The notes below the pieces were generated by a model. It searched no databases. It worked only from the letters and a program-made list of their open reading frames with translations, and was not told the origin of the DNA. Of a stretch of DNA of 64,000 bases, positions 1 to 9,801 are shown in pieces. Source of the stretch: SAR86 cluster bacterium (GTDB lineage: Bacteria > Pseudomonadota > Gammaproteobacteria > Magnimaribacterales > TMED112); contig QOPD01000001.1 of NCBI GenBank assembly GCA_003331605.1, forward strand, positions 147,936-211,935, written 5' to 3'. How positions within the stretch are numbered: the stretch's first letter is position 1; each line of letters starts with the position of its first letter. Both the position numbers and the translations under genes were made by a program.

Positions 1-2
1 TA

Positions 3-1268
3 AGGAACAGAGTTTCCAGCCTTAACTCTTATGATAGATCGATGTTTTATTACTACCAGGCATACGTTAATTTGGCATACAAAGATAATTTAGTTGGAGC
101 AAGAAACGATTATTTGAACCTCATTAAAGAGAAAGATGCTCAACCAAGAATTAAGCTCTCTTCTTACTATACTATTTCCCAGCTTTATTTATCTGATGAA
201 GATTTTGACAATGGCATTAAATATTTAAAGTTGTGGTTTAAGACAACAGATGAGGTGACAGCACAGGCCTATGTTTTATTAGGGCAAGCATATTTCCTAC
301 AAGACCAATTTCAAAAAGCTTACAACGTGATGATGGAAGCAAAAAGAATTTCTAATGAAACGGGGACTACGTTCAGGGAGAACTGGTATTCAATCTTGCT
401 GGCTACCATGGGAGAGCTGAACTTGAAAAAAGAACAGGTCCCATATTATGAGGAAGTTTTAGAACTCTACCCAAAGAAAAGATACTTCGTTAATTTGGCT
501 GGCTTATATAACGAGCTTGATAGAAGCAGAGACTACACCTCGCTACTAAAAACAGCTTTTCAAAAAGAGCTTCTTGATAAAAGCACAGAATTTCAATCGC
601 TCTCTCAGATGTTATTGGCTGCTGGAAATCCTTACTGGGCTGCAGAAGTTATGTTAACTGGCATGACATCTGTTGCAGGGCAAAAAGTAATCGATCAAGA
701 GTGTGCTCTAGGAAAAGTTTTGGATGAAGACGGTAATTTAGTTGTTGATAAGGATGGCATTCCTGTAGAGGAAATGACTTGTTTGGATATTTTAGGACCA
801 GCATTTGTCAAAGCTGGTTCTGCTGAAGCTCTAGATAGAGACGCCGCACCATTTTTGGATGAAAGTGAAAGAAACTTAACTATCTTAGCTGAATCACTCA
901 GAGCTGCACAAGAAAGAGAAGCAGCGGTTGATGTTTATAGAAAGCTCGATAAAGTTATAAGCAATGGTGAAGCACTCATTGCTATTGGCAATCTTCTGTA
1001 CTTAGACAACAATATCAGCGAAGCTATTGAAGCTATAAATAAGGGCATCAAAAAAGGTAACCTTAAGAACCCAGGTTTTGCTCAATTAACCCTTGGACAA
1101 GCATTGTTTGAACTACAGAGGTTTGATGAAGCCAGAGATGTTTTTACCAAAGCATCGCAAAGTAAGAAAGATGCAGTTAAAAAGTCGGCAAGAGCTTGGT
1201 TGCAGTATACAGATAGTGAGCAACAGAGAGTTAAGAATTTAAATCTCAGAAGAGAGTCTATTTCTTAA
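3..1268 (+). CDS. Tetratricopeptide-repeat protein, 5' partial (frame is open to the window edge)
   Basis: Helical repeats with Y/A/L/G spacing typical of TPR (e.g. AQLTLGQALFELQRFDEARDVF). Frame 3 is open from nt 3 (RNRVSSLNSYDRSMFY), so the true start lies upstream of the window. Confidence 0.8.
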   Translation, partial: RNRVSSLNSYDRSMFYYYQAYVNLAYKDNLVGARNDYLNLIKEKDAQPRIKLSSYYTISQLYLSDEDFDNGIKYLKLWFKTTDEVTAQAYVLLGQAYFLQDQFQKAYNVMMEAKRISNETGTTFRENWYSILLATMGELNLKKEQVPYYEEVLELYPKKRYFVNLAGLYNELDRSRDYTSLLKTAFQKELLDKSTEFQSLSQMLLAAGNPYWAAEVMLTGMTSVAGQKVIDQECALGKVLDEDGNLVVDKDGIPVEEMTCLDILGPAFVKAGSAEALDRDAAPFLDESERNLTILAESLRAAQEREAAVDVYRKLDKVISNGEALIAIGNLLYLDNNISEAIEAINKGIKKGNLKNPGFAQLTLGQALFELQRFDEARDVFTKASQSKKDAVKKSARAWLQYTDSEQQRVKNLNLRRESIS

Positions 1269-1764
1269 GAAGATACTCTTTTATAACGAAGTCATAATCA
1301 TTATCTGCATTTTTTTTAAATGATTTTTGTGACTGCTCAATCCAGTTTTTTAAATTAAATCTAGGATAGTAAACATCACCAACCAATTCATTTGCTTCGA
1401 CCCAAGTAATCACGAGCTTATTAATCATGTCTTTTGCAAGAGCAAAGATTTTAGCACCACCAATGATAACGATTTCATTTTGATTGCTTGCTAGGCAATA
1501 TTTTTTTGCAGCTTCGATAGCATCAAGGAAGTTATTTACTACTACAGCACCATCTAACTCATTGATTGTTGTAGTTATTACAATATTGTGTCTATTAGGT
1601 AGTGGTCTTCCAATTGATTCATAAGTATTTCTCCCCATTATTATAGGCTTATTCATCGAATAATTTTTGAAATGAGCTAAATCATCTTTGAGATGCCATG
1701 GTAAATCATTGTCTTTCCCAATCAATAAAGAACTATTCATGGCCACAAGGCTTGAGATGATCAT
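1258..1764 (-). CDS. folA: Dihydrofolate reductase
   Basis: [32 protein letters not shown] and IIGGAKIF motifs; directly downstream of thyA. Confidence 0.97.
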   Translation of the reverse strand: MIISSLVAMNSSLLIGKDNDLPWHLKDDLAHFKNYSMNKPIIMGRNTYESIGRPLPNRHNIVITTTINELDGAVVVNNFLDAIEAAKKYCLASNQNEIVIIGGAKIFALAKDMINKLVITWVEANELVGDVYYPRFNLKNWIEQSQKSFKKNADNDYDFVIKEYLLKK

Positions 1765-2549
1765 ACTGCTACTGGTGCCGGAATATGAGGATGATGTTCA
1801 TAGCCGATCAATTCGAAATCTTCATAAACGTATTCATCTATGTTTTGTTTTTTTGCCACTTTAATCTGAGGTGGCGACAAAGGTTGTCTAGTTAGTTGTT
1901 CATCGGCTTGTTCGAGATGATTTGTATAAAGGTGAACATCACCAAACGAATGTACAAAGTCACCAACTTCTAAGCTACATACCTCAGCAACCATATGCGT
2001 TAACAAGGCATAGGACGCAATATTAAAAGGAACACCAAGAAAAATATCTGCACTACGTTGATAGAGCTGACATGAGAGCTTATTGTCTTGTACATAGAAC
2101 TGAAACATGTTGTGGCAAGGGGCTAAAGCCATGCTGGGTATATCTCCAACATTCCATGCGCTGACAATATGCCTTCTGCTATCGGGATTTGATTTAATTT
2201 GTTCAATAACTTCATTTATTTGATCGTAAGACTTACCATTGGATTCCCAATTACGCCATTGTTTCCCATAAACTGGCCCTAAGTCTCCATTGTCATCTGC
2301 CCACTCATCCCAAATTTTGACACTATTTTCTTTAAGAAACTTTATATTTGTCTCACCTCTTAGGAACCAAAGCAGTTCATATGCAACTGACTTAAAGTGA
2401 ACTTTTTTAGTGGTAATTAGAGGAAATGATTCCTGTAGGTTGAACCGCATCTGATAACCAAAAACAGACAAGGTTCCTGTTCCTGTTCTGTCGCCTTTAT
2501 GAGAGCCTTCGGTGCGTACTTTTTTTAGTAGATCAAGGTACTGTTGCAT
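1761..2549 (-). CDS. thyA: Thymidylate synthase
   Basis: DRTGTGT, MALAPCH and [19 protein letters not shown] motifs. Confidence 0.98.
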   Translation of the reverse strand: MQQYLDLLKKVRTEGSHKGDRTGTGTLSVFGYQMRFNLQESFPLITTKKVHFKSVAYELLWFLRGETNIKFLKENSVKIWDEWADDNGDLGPVYGKQWRNWESNGKSYDQINEVIEQIKSNPDSRRHIVSAWNVGDIPSMALAPCHNMFQFYVQDNKLSCQLYQRSADIFLGVPFNIASYALLTHMVAEVCSLEVGDFVHSFGDVHLYTNHLEQADEQLTRQPLSPPQIKVAKKQNIDEYVYEDFELIGYEHHPHIPAPVAV

Positions 2550-3351
2550 TATTTTTTCTTAGTATAAAGAGTCCTAATATTATCATAGGTATACATAATA
2601 ATTGTCCCTGAGTTATGAAACTAAATAATAAAAAATCGTTACCGTAAACAAAATCTGGGGTTCTAAAAAGTTCTGCAATTGACCGAAGCACACCATAACC
2701 AATTAGAAAAAAAGCGGTATGCCTGCCATGATAGCCTCTTCTTTTAACGAATAAATTAAGGAAAATAAATAGAACTATACCCTCTAGAAAGGCTTCATAT
2801 AATTGGGATGGATGTCTTACAATTTGCAAAGGATCTGTGGGAAAAATCATTCCCCATGGCATTTCGGTTGCTCTGCCATAGAGCTCTGCATTAATGAAAT
2901 TGGCAATTCTACCAAGAAAAAGTGCTATAGGTATTGATGGCACCAACCAATCAGTAATTGCTAGAAATTTCAAGTTATGCTTCTTTGCAAATATAAACAT
3001 GGTAATCATTACTCCAATCAAACCACCATGAAATGCCATACCACCCTGCCAAATTTTAAAAACATAAAAGGGGTCTTGTAGCTGTAGATGAAGATCATAA
3101 AATAGAACGCTACCTAACCGTCCACCAACCACTGCGCCTAAAAACAACCCGTAGAAAAAAACGAGGTCTTCCGTTTGGTTTTTGTCAAGGTCGATGCCAA
3201 ATTGAAATCTATTAGTAACCATATGCCAATAAACAAGGTAGGCACCCAAAACATAAGAAATTCCATACCATGCAATGTCAATTGAATCTCCCCAAAAGCC
3301 TGCAATGGGGATAGAAATAGCGATTGGATTAATAAACTCAGGATATTCCAT
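2533..3351 (-). CDS. lgt: Prolipoprotein diacylglyceryl transferase
   Basis: [34 protein letters not shown] and RHPSQLYE motifs. Likely start is ATG 3351, overlapping the upstream stop (TAATG). Confidence 0.96.
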   Translation of the reverse strand: MEYPEFINPIAISIPIAGFWGDSIDIAWYGISYVLGAYLVYWHMVTNRFQFGIDLDKNQTEDLVFFYGLFLGAVVGGRLGSVLFYDLHLQLQDPFYVFKIWQGGMAFHGGLIGVMITMFIFAKKHNLKFLAITDWLVPSIPIALFLGRIANFINAELYGRATEMPWGMIFPTDPLQIVRHPSQLYEAFLEGIVLFIFLNLFVKRRGYHGRHTAFFLIGYGVLRSIAELFRTPDFVYGNDFLLFSFITQGQLLCIPMIILGLFILRKNNATVP

Positions 3352-4142
3352 TATGCTAACAACCAATAAATAAATACCGGTAGGAGTTGTAAAGCGTAAA
3401 GAGTCTGATAAACATTGTCATTAACTTTTTGTGTCAGTTGTGCCCCAATTCTTGAAAATATTGAACTAAATATTGCTATAAAAAATAAACTTAGATAGTT
3501 TACATAGCCAACTGAATAGTCAGGTAAATCTTGTGTATTTATTCCTAGATACATATACGACAATGCTCCAATGATGCCGACAGGAAGAGTGCACACCAGT
3601 GAGGTGCCAGCGGCTCTTTTAATGTTTTCCCCCATGAAACGTAAAAATGGGCCAATAAAGATCCCTCCTCCAACTCCAAATAGTGAAGACAGAGCTCCTA
3701 CAACCCCACCAAATGGCAATGCGACTGTGTACGAAATGTTCTTCTCTGTTTTGGATTCGCTGGATTTAAAGAAAAGTCGCAATGAAATTAGAAAGATAAA
3801 TAAAGCAAATATTTTTTTAAATAATTCTTTATCTAGCTCAACAGATATTAGGGCACCGATAACAGGACCGACAACTATTCCAAGTAAAAGTTTGCGAAAA
3901 TTGCTCCAAGATATTGTCCCACCCTTGTGGTGTATAGGTATTGCTGAAAGCGCATTTACAATGATGCATGCTAAAGCAGTTCCAAGAGAAACTGGGATAG
4001 CAATTTCATCTGAGTAGCCCAAACTTTTATAGAGGAAGTGCAACGATGGAACAATGATTATTCCACCGCCAACACCAAAAAATCCAGATAAAAATCCTGA
4101 TAAAATTCCTATTAGCGGATACAAGAAAAACTCAATTGTCAT
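3351..4142 (-). CDS. Sulfite exporter TauE/SafE family membrane protein
   Basis: Duplicated G-x-x-S-x-x-FG(V)GGG motifs (SGFFGVGGGII, SSLFGVGGGIF); multiple TM helices. Confidence 0.88.
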   Translation of the reverse strand: MTIEFFLYPLIGILSGFLSGFFGVGGGIIIVPSLHFLYKSLGYSDEIAIPVSLGTALACIIVNALSAIPIHHKGGTISWSNFRKLLLGIVVGPVIGALISVELDKELFKKIFALFIFLISLRLFFKSSESKTEKNISYTVALPFGGVVGALSSLFGVGGGIFIGPFLRFMGENIKRAAGTSLVCTLPVGIIGALSYMYLGINTQDLPDYSVGYVNYLSLFFIAIFSSIFSRIGAQLTQKVNDNVYQTLYALQLLPVFIYWLLA

Positions 4143-5250
4143 GTTTTATTTTCTCTGATTCTTTTTTCCCAATTGAAATTAATTTGTTTACTCTTGCTTC
4201 AATTGAACCTTTTCCAGTTGACAGCTTATTCATTGCATCTTCAAATTTCTTTTGTGAAAGTTCTATTGAATGTCCAAGGCTATTTACAGTTTCTATAAAC
4301 CCCCCAAGTTTATCAACTAGTTTTTGAGCTTCCTCATAAATGACCTTTGCGCCCTCTCTTTGTCCATCTATTCGCCATAAGTTTTCAATCATTTTTATTG
4401 ATATATGAAGTTGGGTTGGGCTGAGTAAAGCTATACGTTTTTTGGTTGCATATGACAAAAGCTCTTGATCGTACTTAAGTGCAACATTTAATGCATCATC
4501 AATTCCTAAGAATAAGAAAGTCATATCCGGCGAGTTTAGATCGGCAATGTCATTATATTTTGTATCACTTAATTCTTTAATGCGTTCTTTAACATTCACA
4601 ACGTGATGTTTGCCATTCCTGTCTTTATCTTCAGCTTTTTCACTGCTGCTGTAATCGTGGTACGCTCTAAAAGAAAACTTGGAATCAATAATTATTTGCC
4701 TATCGTCTGGTAAATACACTATGGCATCCGGTCTTTTGTTCTTTAATCCATCCTCTCCCTTAACAACAAAATTTTCTTGCAATTTATAGTGAATATTCTC
4801 CTGTAATCCTGAGTTTTCAAGCAACATTCGAAGCTTCATTTCTCCATAATCGCCTTGTGTCTTACTGTCTCCTCGTAAAGCATCGGCAAGGTTAGCAGTA
4901 TCGCTAGTGATTTGATTTGTTTTTTCTATTAACCCATCAATCGTAGTTTTAGTTTCGACATGCAGTTTAAGTTGTTGTTCTGTATTTTTCTTAACCTCGT
5001 CCTCAAATTCCTTAATCCTTGTCCTGAATGGATCGATAATTTTTTCAATGCTGTCTTTAGATGATGTTTTAAACTCAGCTTCACGTTCTTTGTAAACTGT
5101 TTCAATTATTTTTTTTATCTCTTCAGTGAGGATAGAAGTGTCATCTTCAGAGTTGGAGCTTTGGTTGTTAATTAACTTAAGAATCAAAAAAGTTAACAAG
5201 CCCAAAGATATAGTTAAAAAAATTGATAGAATTAATACTGCTGAATCCAC
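4132..5250 (-). CDS. rmuC: DNA recombination protein RmuC
   Basis: N-terminal TM helix, coiled coil, LRGDSKTQGDYGE, RPDAIVYLP, IIIDSK and LLSPT motifs; GTG start. Confidence 0.93.
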   Translation of the reverse strand: MDSAVLILSIFLTISLGLLTFLILKLINNQSSNSEDDTSILTEEIKKIIETVYKEREAEFKTSSKDSIEKIIDPFRTRIKEFEDEVKKNTEQQLKLHVETKTTIDGLIEKTNQITSDTANLADALRGDSKTQGDYGEMKLRMLLENSGLQENIHYKLQENFVVKGEDGLKNKRPDAIVYLPDDRQIIIDSKFSFRAYHDYSSSEKAEDKDRNGKHHVVNVKERIKELSDTKYNDIADLNSPDMTFLFLGIDDALNVALKYDQELLSYATKKRIALLSPTQLHISIKMIENLWRIDGQREGAKVIYEEAQKLVDKLGGFIETVNSLGHSIELSQKKFEDAMNKLSTGKGSIEARVNKLISIGKKESEKIKHDN

Positions 5251-5252
5251 TA

Positions 5253-6449
5253 ATGAATATTTTAGACCAAATCAAACAAGAACTCCCTTGGTTAGGAGAT
5301 AATGAGTTATATGATTTAACAAGGGGCAAGCCCTCTCCTAATCAATTGCTTTTATCGCAGAAATTAATTGAAAGCATAAGTCAGCCATTTGAGATGGATG
5401 GAGTTGATCTCAGAAACTACGGCACACCAGAAGGTATAAATTCAGCAAGAGCTCTTGGCAGCATAATACTAAACACCGAAGAAGATAAAACATTAGCGCT
5501 TGATAATTCCTCTCTTACCTTAATGCACCAAATATTAGCATGTTCATATTTTTTAGGTTTCAGCTCATCTAAGCTAACTCCAGAAAGCAAGTTTATTTGT
5601 TTGGTGCCTGGATACGATAGGCACTTCAAGCTATTGGAAAATTTTGGCATCGAAATGATTAGTGTGCCCTTTCTTGAGAATGGCCCTGATATAGAGAAAA
5701 TTAAAGAATATATTTCAAAGGATAATAGCATTCATGGCATAGTCTGCGTCCCTCGACATTCAAACCCCACAGGCCATACATTTACAGATGAACAGGTTGA
5801 TCACATATTTAAAGCCATCCAACCAAATAAAGATAACTTTATGATTATTTGGGATAATGCCTACGCTTGTCACGATTTAAAAGAAACAATTAAACAAAGT
5901 TCTGCAAGCTCTATTGCCCACACAAATGGAGTTGAGAACAACCTATTCATTCTTGGGTCAACTTCAAAAATAACACTAGCAGGAGCTGGCATTTCATTTA
6001 TATCTTCGGCTGCAAAGAATTTAGATTGCTTCATTAGTTACCGTAATTCACTTACACCTGCACCAAATAAAATGAATCAAGGCTTGCATACAAAGATTTT
6101 CTCTAAGGTATCAATAACTGATCATATGACAGAGCTTAAAAAGCTTATATTGCCAAAATTTGAATTGGTTGAATCATATTTATTGAATTTAAAGAAAATG
6201 AATCTCTGTGAGTTTACATCACCTACTGGTGGCTACTTTTTTTCATTTGAATCTACTAATAATAATGCTGAGGAAATTATAAATGCTTGCGGAGAGGTTG
6301 GTTTAAAGCTCTTACCTGTCGGTTCATGTTTTCCTTATTTAAGAGATCCCAATAACTCTAATATCAGGATAGCTCCTACCTTTCCTAATATCGAAGACTT
6401 AGAGAAATGCATGGAAATTTTTTCTAAAGTCGTAATTAAGTTGAACTAA
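5253..6449 (+). CDS. PLP-dependent aminotransferase class I/II (actinobacterial AspAT-like family)
   Basis: DLTRGKP, PGYDRHF, CVPRHSNPTG, WDNAY, STSKIT (PLP lysine), GGYF and IRIAPT motifs. Likely start is ATG 5253. Confidence 0.88.
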   Translation: MNILDQIKQELPWLGDNELYDLTRGKPSPNQLLLSQKLIESISQPFEMDGVDLRNYGTPEGINSARALGSIILNTEEDKTLALDNSSLTLMHQILACSYFLGFSSSKLTPESKFICLVPGYDRHFKLLENFGIEMISVPFLENGPDIEKIKEYISKDNSIHGIVCVPRHSNPTGHTFTDEQVDHIFKAIQPNKDNFMIIWDNAYACHDLKETIKQSSASSIAHTNGVENNLFILGSTSKITLAGAGISFISSAAKNLDCFISYRNSLTPAPNKMNQGLHTKIFSKVSITDHMTELKKLILPKFELVESYLLNLKKMNLCEFTSPTGGYFFSFESTNNNAEEIINACGEVGLKLLPVGSCFPYLRDPNNSNIRIAPTFPNIEDLEKCMEIFSKVVIKLN

Positions 6450-6476
6450 TTTTCTTAGCAACGGTCAAAAATTATT

Positions 6477-6896
6477 ATGAGAAACATATTTTTGATTGTA
6501 TCTGTCTTTTTTTACACTGGTTTATTTTTTGCTGACCACCATGGTGAAAAAATGAAGCAAAAAGTGGGAATGGAAAATAGGGCTATGATGGCAAGGCTGA
6601 AATTAGATCTTGCCGAACTTAAAGGACCACCATCGGTAGCAGAGTTTGCTGAGAAAAAAGTAGAAAGATTATCCAATCTTGATCTATTAATTGCTTCTGG
6701 CAAATACGATGGTATGAGATTAAGAAGGCTAGAAATGTTGCGGAACAAGATTGCTAACGAAGAAATTCCAGGCCAAGAAGCTATAAACCAGCGATATGAA
6801 GAAAGATTAAAAAAAGCCAATAAGAAGTTGCAACAAAACAATAACAGACAAGAAAAGGCTCGAAAGCAAAAACGCAAATATAGAAAAAAAGATTAA
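6477..6896 (+). CDS. Hypothetical secreted helical protein with basic C-terminus
   Basis: Signal-peptide-like N-terminus followed by ADHH; fills the space between neighbouring genes; no family recognised. Confidence 0.7.
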   Translation: MRNIFLIVSVFFYTGLFFADHHGEKMKQKVGMENRAMMARLKLDLAELKGPPSVAEFAEKKVERLSNLDLLIASGKYDGMRLRRLEMLRNKIANEEIPGQEAINQRYEERLKKANKKLQQNNNRQEKARKQKRKYRKKD

Positions 6897-6897
6897 T

Positions 6898-7494
6898 TTA
6901 GTCGTAATCTGCCCATATGATATTTGCTGCAATGGACCTGAAAGGACGCCAGTCACTTGCTATCGAAGTCATATCCTCAATGGTTGGCCGTTCTTTCAGG
7001 TGTTTAAGTCTCCTTACTCCTTCTTGCAAGCCAATGTCGCCTACTGGCCAAATATCTGGTCGTCTTAAACATGCCATAAGGTAACAATCTGCCGTCCATG
7101 GACCTATGCCTTTAAGTTTGCATAGTTCTTGTTGTGCATCAGTGTCAGACATTATTGAAATTATTTCGTAATTTAGATCTCCATTAATCTCAGCGTTAGC
7201 AACTATGCCAAGGTAGTTAATTTTTTGGCGACTGAGACCACAAGCCTTTAATGAATCCTGCGATAAGTTGAGGTAATTTGTACTATCTATTTTTGTCATT
7301 AAGTCAAAGACTCTTTTTTTAATCGTGTTCGCTGCTTTAACAGAAAGTTGTTGCTCAATGATCAGCGAAGCCATTCCCTCAAAACCCTCTGGCCGCAGAA
7401 AAAAAGAAATTTCAGTTTTAGGAATAATGCTTTTAAAAGCAGGCTCAACTTTTAGAAGGTGCTTAACTCCTTCTTCATAGTCTAATGAATTCAT
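6898..7494 (-). CDS. alkA: DNA-3-methyladenine glycosylase II (HhH-GPD family)
   Basis: IIEQQLSVKAA, GLSRQK, HhH motif LKGIGPWTA, and PVGDIG (catalytic Asp). Confidence 0.88.
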   Translation of the reverse strand: MNSLDYEEGVKHLLKVEPAFKSIIPKTEISFFLRPEGFEGMASLIIEQQLSVKAANTIKKRVFDLMTKIDSTNYLNLSQDSLKACGLSRQKINYLGIVANAEINGDLNYEIISIMSDTDAQQELCKLKGIGPWTADCYLMACLRRPDIWPVGDIGLQEGVRRLKHLKERPTIEDMTSIASDWRPFRSIAANIIWADYD

Positions 7495-8135
7495 CTTCTT
7501 TGCAAGCCTTCTTGAAGCAACAGTTCTTTGAACTCATCAAACCTATCCTGCCCAAAGAAAGTTTTGTCTTTATAGACCATGAGAGGTACGCCATGATGTC
7601 CTGCTTGTTGCTGTAGGCTTTGATTGGTTTTTATTGCTTTTACAATTGCATCTTCACCTTCAGCAACTTCTTGCTTTATCCTATTAAAATCTAAACCAAC
7701 ATTTGCAGCTGCTCGACTTAAGTTTGATTCATCGTTCCAACCACTTTTAGTGCCAAATATAAGATGTGAAACCTCATGTGCAAATTCAATGCCTTTGTTG
7801 TGGAATTCTGCCACCATGCCTAGGTGGCAAATATCAAAGATGTAGGGTTGATCTTTATTAATCTTTCCTGTTATGTAGCTTTGTTGAATTGGGTCTGGAT
7901 TCGGCATGTAGAACGGCATATTAAGTCTTCTGGCCTTTGATCTGATATCAATAGTTTTGAGTAGAAAAAAACTAAAGAAGTTTTTACCTTTGAAAAATTC
8001 TGGTTGTCTGATTGCCAGTGGGTAAACAAGCTTAAACTGAATATCAATATCGTACTCCTTTTTGAGTTTTAATATTCTTGGCAATACCAAATACGAGTAT
8101 GGACTTCGATAGGAAAAAAAGAAATCTGCCTTCAT
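7491..8135 (-). CDS. DsbA-family / 2-hydroxychromene-2-carboxylate isomerase (GST kappa-like)
   Basis: FFFSYRSPYSY, GHHGVP and FFGQDRF motifs. Confidence 0.85.
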   Translation of the reverse strand: MKADFFFSYRSPYSYLVLPRILKLKKEYDIDIQFKLVYPLAIRQPEFFKGKNFFSFFLLKTIDIRSKARRLNMPFYMPNPDPIQQSYITGKINKDQPYIFDICHLGMVAEFHNKGIEFAHEVSHLIFGTKSGWNDESNLSRAAANVGLDFNRIKQEVAEGEDAIVKAIKTNQSLQQQAGHHGVPLMVYKDKTFFGQDRFDEFKELLLQEGLQRR

Positions 8136-8190
8136 AAAAATATCCTACATTAAAATTTAATAAGACTCAGATAATCATGCAGTAAAGAGA

Positions 8191-9801
8191 TTAATTTGCA
8201 ACTACAACAACCTCACCTTCATTATCGGGATCTTCAATAGATTCTTTAAGAGTTCGATCAACCTCTATTTTTGCTCGTAACGGCGCTTTATATATTGCCT
8301 CTCGGCCTCCCTCAGAGTGTTGGTTAATCAAAGTTAACAGCTCTGCCACTTTATCAGGATATGAACCGGAAAGCTCAATTTGCTCTGTTGGGTCATTATT
8401 CAGATTAAACAGCCATTGTTTATCTGGATATTCAGCTATTTGAAGTTTCCAGCCATCTTTAATGACAACTTTGTTATGGTCCGTTTTCCAAAATATTGGC
8501 CTTTTGCTCAGATCCAAAGAATTATTAAATAGGTCTATACCATCGACTTGATGAGTTAGGTCTTCATTAACCAGGCCGTGTATTGTGGGCATAATATCAA
8601 TGTGTGTTGCACGTTCAGAAATTACTTGTGCATCTATACCTTCCTTCCAAAAAATTAGAGGCACCTTAATGCCGCCTTCAAAAAGTGTCAATTTCCAGCC
8701 TCGATAAGGAGAGTTTATATACCTTAAGCCAATGTATCCCGCACCACCATTATCACTTGTGAAAATGATCCATGTGTTGTCGTCTAAATTATGCTCCTTT
8801 AGCGATTCAACAATTCGACCAACACTACGATCTAATGCTTTAATCATTGCTGCATATACTCTTTCAGTATGGTCTTCGATATAAGCAAGCTCTTCGTAAT
8901 CTGACTTAAGTGCTTGCATTGGTGTGTGCACACCCCAATGCGCCAAATAAAGGAAAAATGGTCTATTTTTGTTTGCTTCAATAACCTTGATGGCTTCATC
9001 GGTATAGTAATCGGTTAAATAGCCATCGGGCTCAAACCAATTATCCATGTAAGTTGTTTGGTTGAATTGCGCGGCATAATCCATAGTAGCCCACAGAAAT
9101 TTATCAATGGGATCAAAGTCAAGGAAGGCATTTACTACACGCGGATCGTCTTTAGGTAAGAACAATCCACTCGACATTAATAAACTTTCATCAAAGCCTT
9201 GGTTAAGAGCAGCAAAGTGCGTATCACGCCCTAAGTGCCATTTACCAATATGAGCTGTGTAGTACCCTGCCTGACCTAAAGTCTCAGCAAATGTTATTTC
9301 TTCGTTAGGCAAGCCTGCCAAGTCGAAAGGTGTATTGTCGTTTTCTGGAATATATTCAGCAGCACCATCAGAAAATAGGGCGATTGCTCTTGCCATACCA
9401 ACAGGCACAGGTGTAAATTCAAAACCAGTAGTTGTGGCATATCTGCCCGTTACAATCATACCTCTTGAAGGTGCACATGTAGCACTACCTGAGTAGGCAT
9501 TTTTAAATTTGATACCACTGTTCGCTATAAAGTCGATATTGGGCGTATTAACGGTTCCACCAGGTTTAAGATCATCGTAATTGGTCATATCATTGATGCC
9601 TAGATCATCGGCTACAATAACAATGATGTTCGGACGACCATCCGTTCTTTCTGCTGGGCCCTCTTGCCATACGATCTCTTGATTGGGCCCAATCTGATAA
9701 TCAGGCCTGACAAAATTTACAATAATGAAAAAAAGAACATCACGCCAAAAAAATACAAGCACACCTAGAACAGCGACAATAGCAAATATTATCTTTTTCA
9801 T
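8191..9801 (-). CDS. Sulfatase (Cys-type) with N-terminal hydrophobic anchor
   Basis: PNIIVIVADDLG, CAPSR (formylglycine motif), GKWHLG, FTSDNG, KLTLFEGGIKVP and LFNLNNDPTE motifs. Confidence 0.93.
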   Translation of the reverse strand: MKKIIFAIVAVLGVLVFFWRDVLFFIIVNFVRPDYQIGPNQEIVWQEGPAERTDGRPNIIVIVADDLGINDMTNYDDLKPGGTVNTPNIDFIANSGIKFKNAYSGSATCAPSRGMIVTGRYATTTGFEFTPVPVGMARAIALFSDGAAEYIPENDNTPFDLAGLPNEEITFAETLGQAGYYTAHIGKWHLGRDTHFAALNQGFDESLLMSSGLFLPKDDPRVVNAFLDFDPIDKFLWATMDYAAQFNQTTYMDNWFEPDGYLTDYYTDEAIKVIEANKNRPFFLYLAHWGVHTPMQALKSDYEELAYIEDHTERVYAAMIKALDRSVGRIVESLKEHNLDDNTWIIFTSDNGGAGYIGLRYINSPYRGWKLTLFEGGIKVPLIFWKEGIDAQVISERATHIDIMPTIHGLVNEDLTHQVDGIDLFNNSLDLSKRPIFWKTDHNKVVIKDGWKLQIAEYPDKQWLFNLNNDPTEQIELSGSYPDKVAELLTLINQHSEGGREAIYKAPLRAKIEVDRTLKESIEDPDNEGEVVVVAN

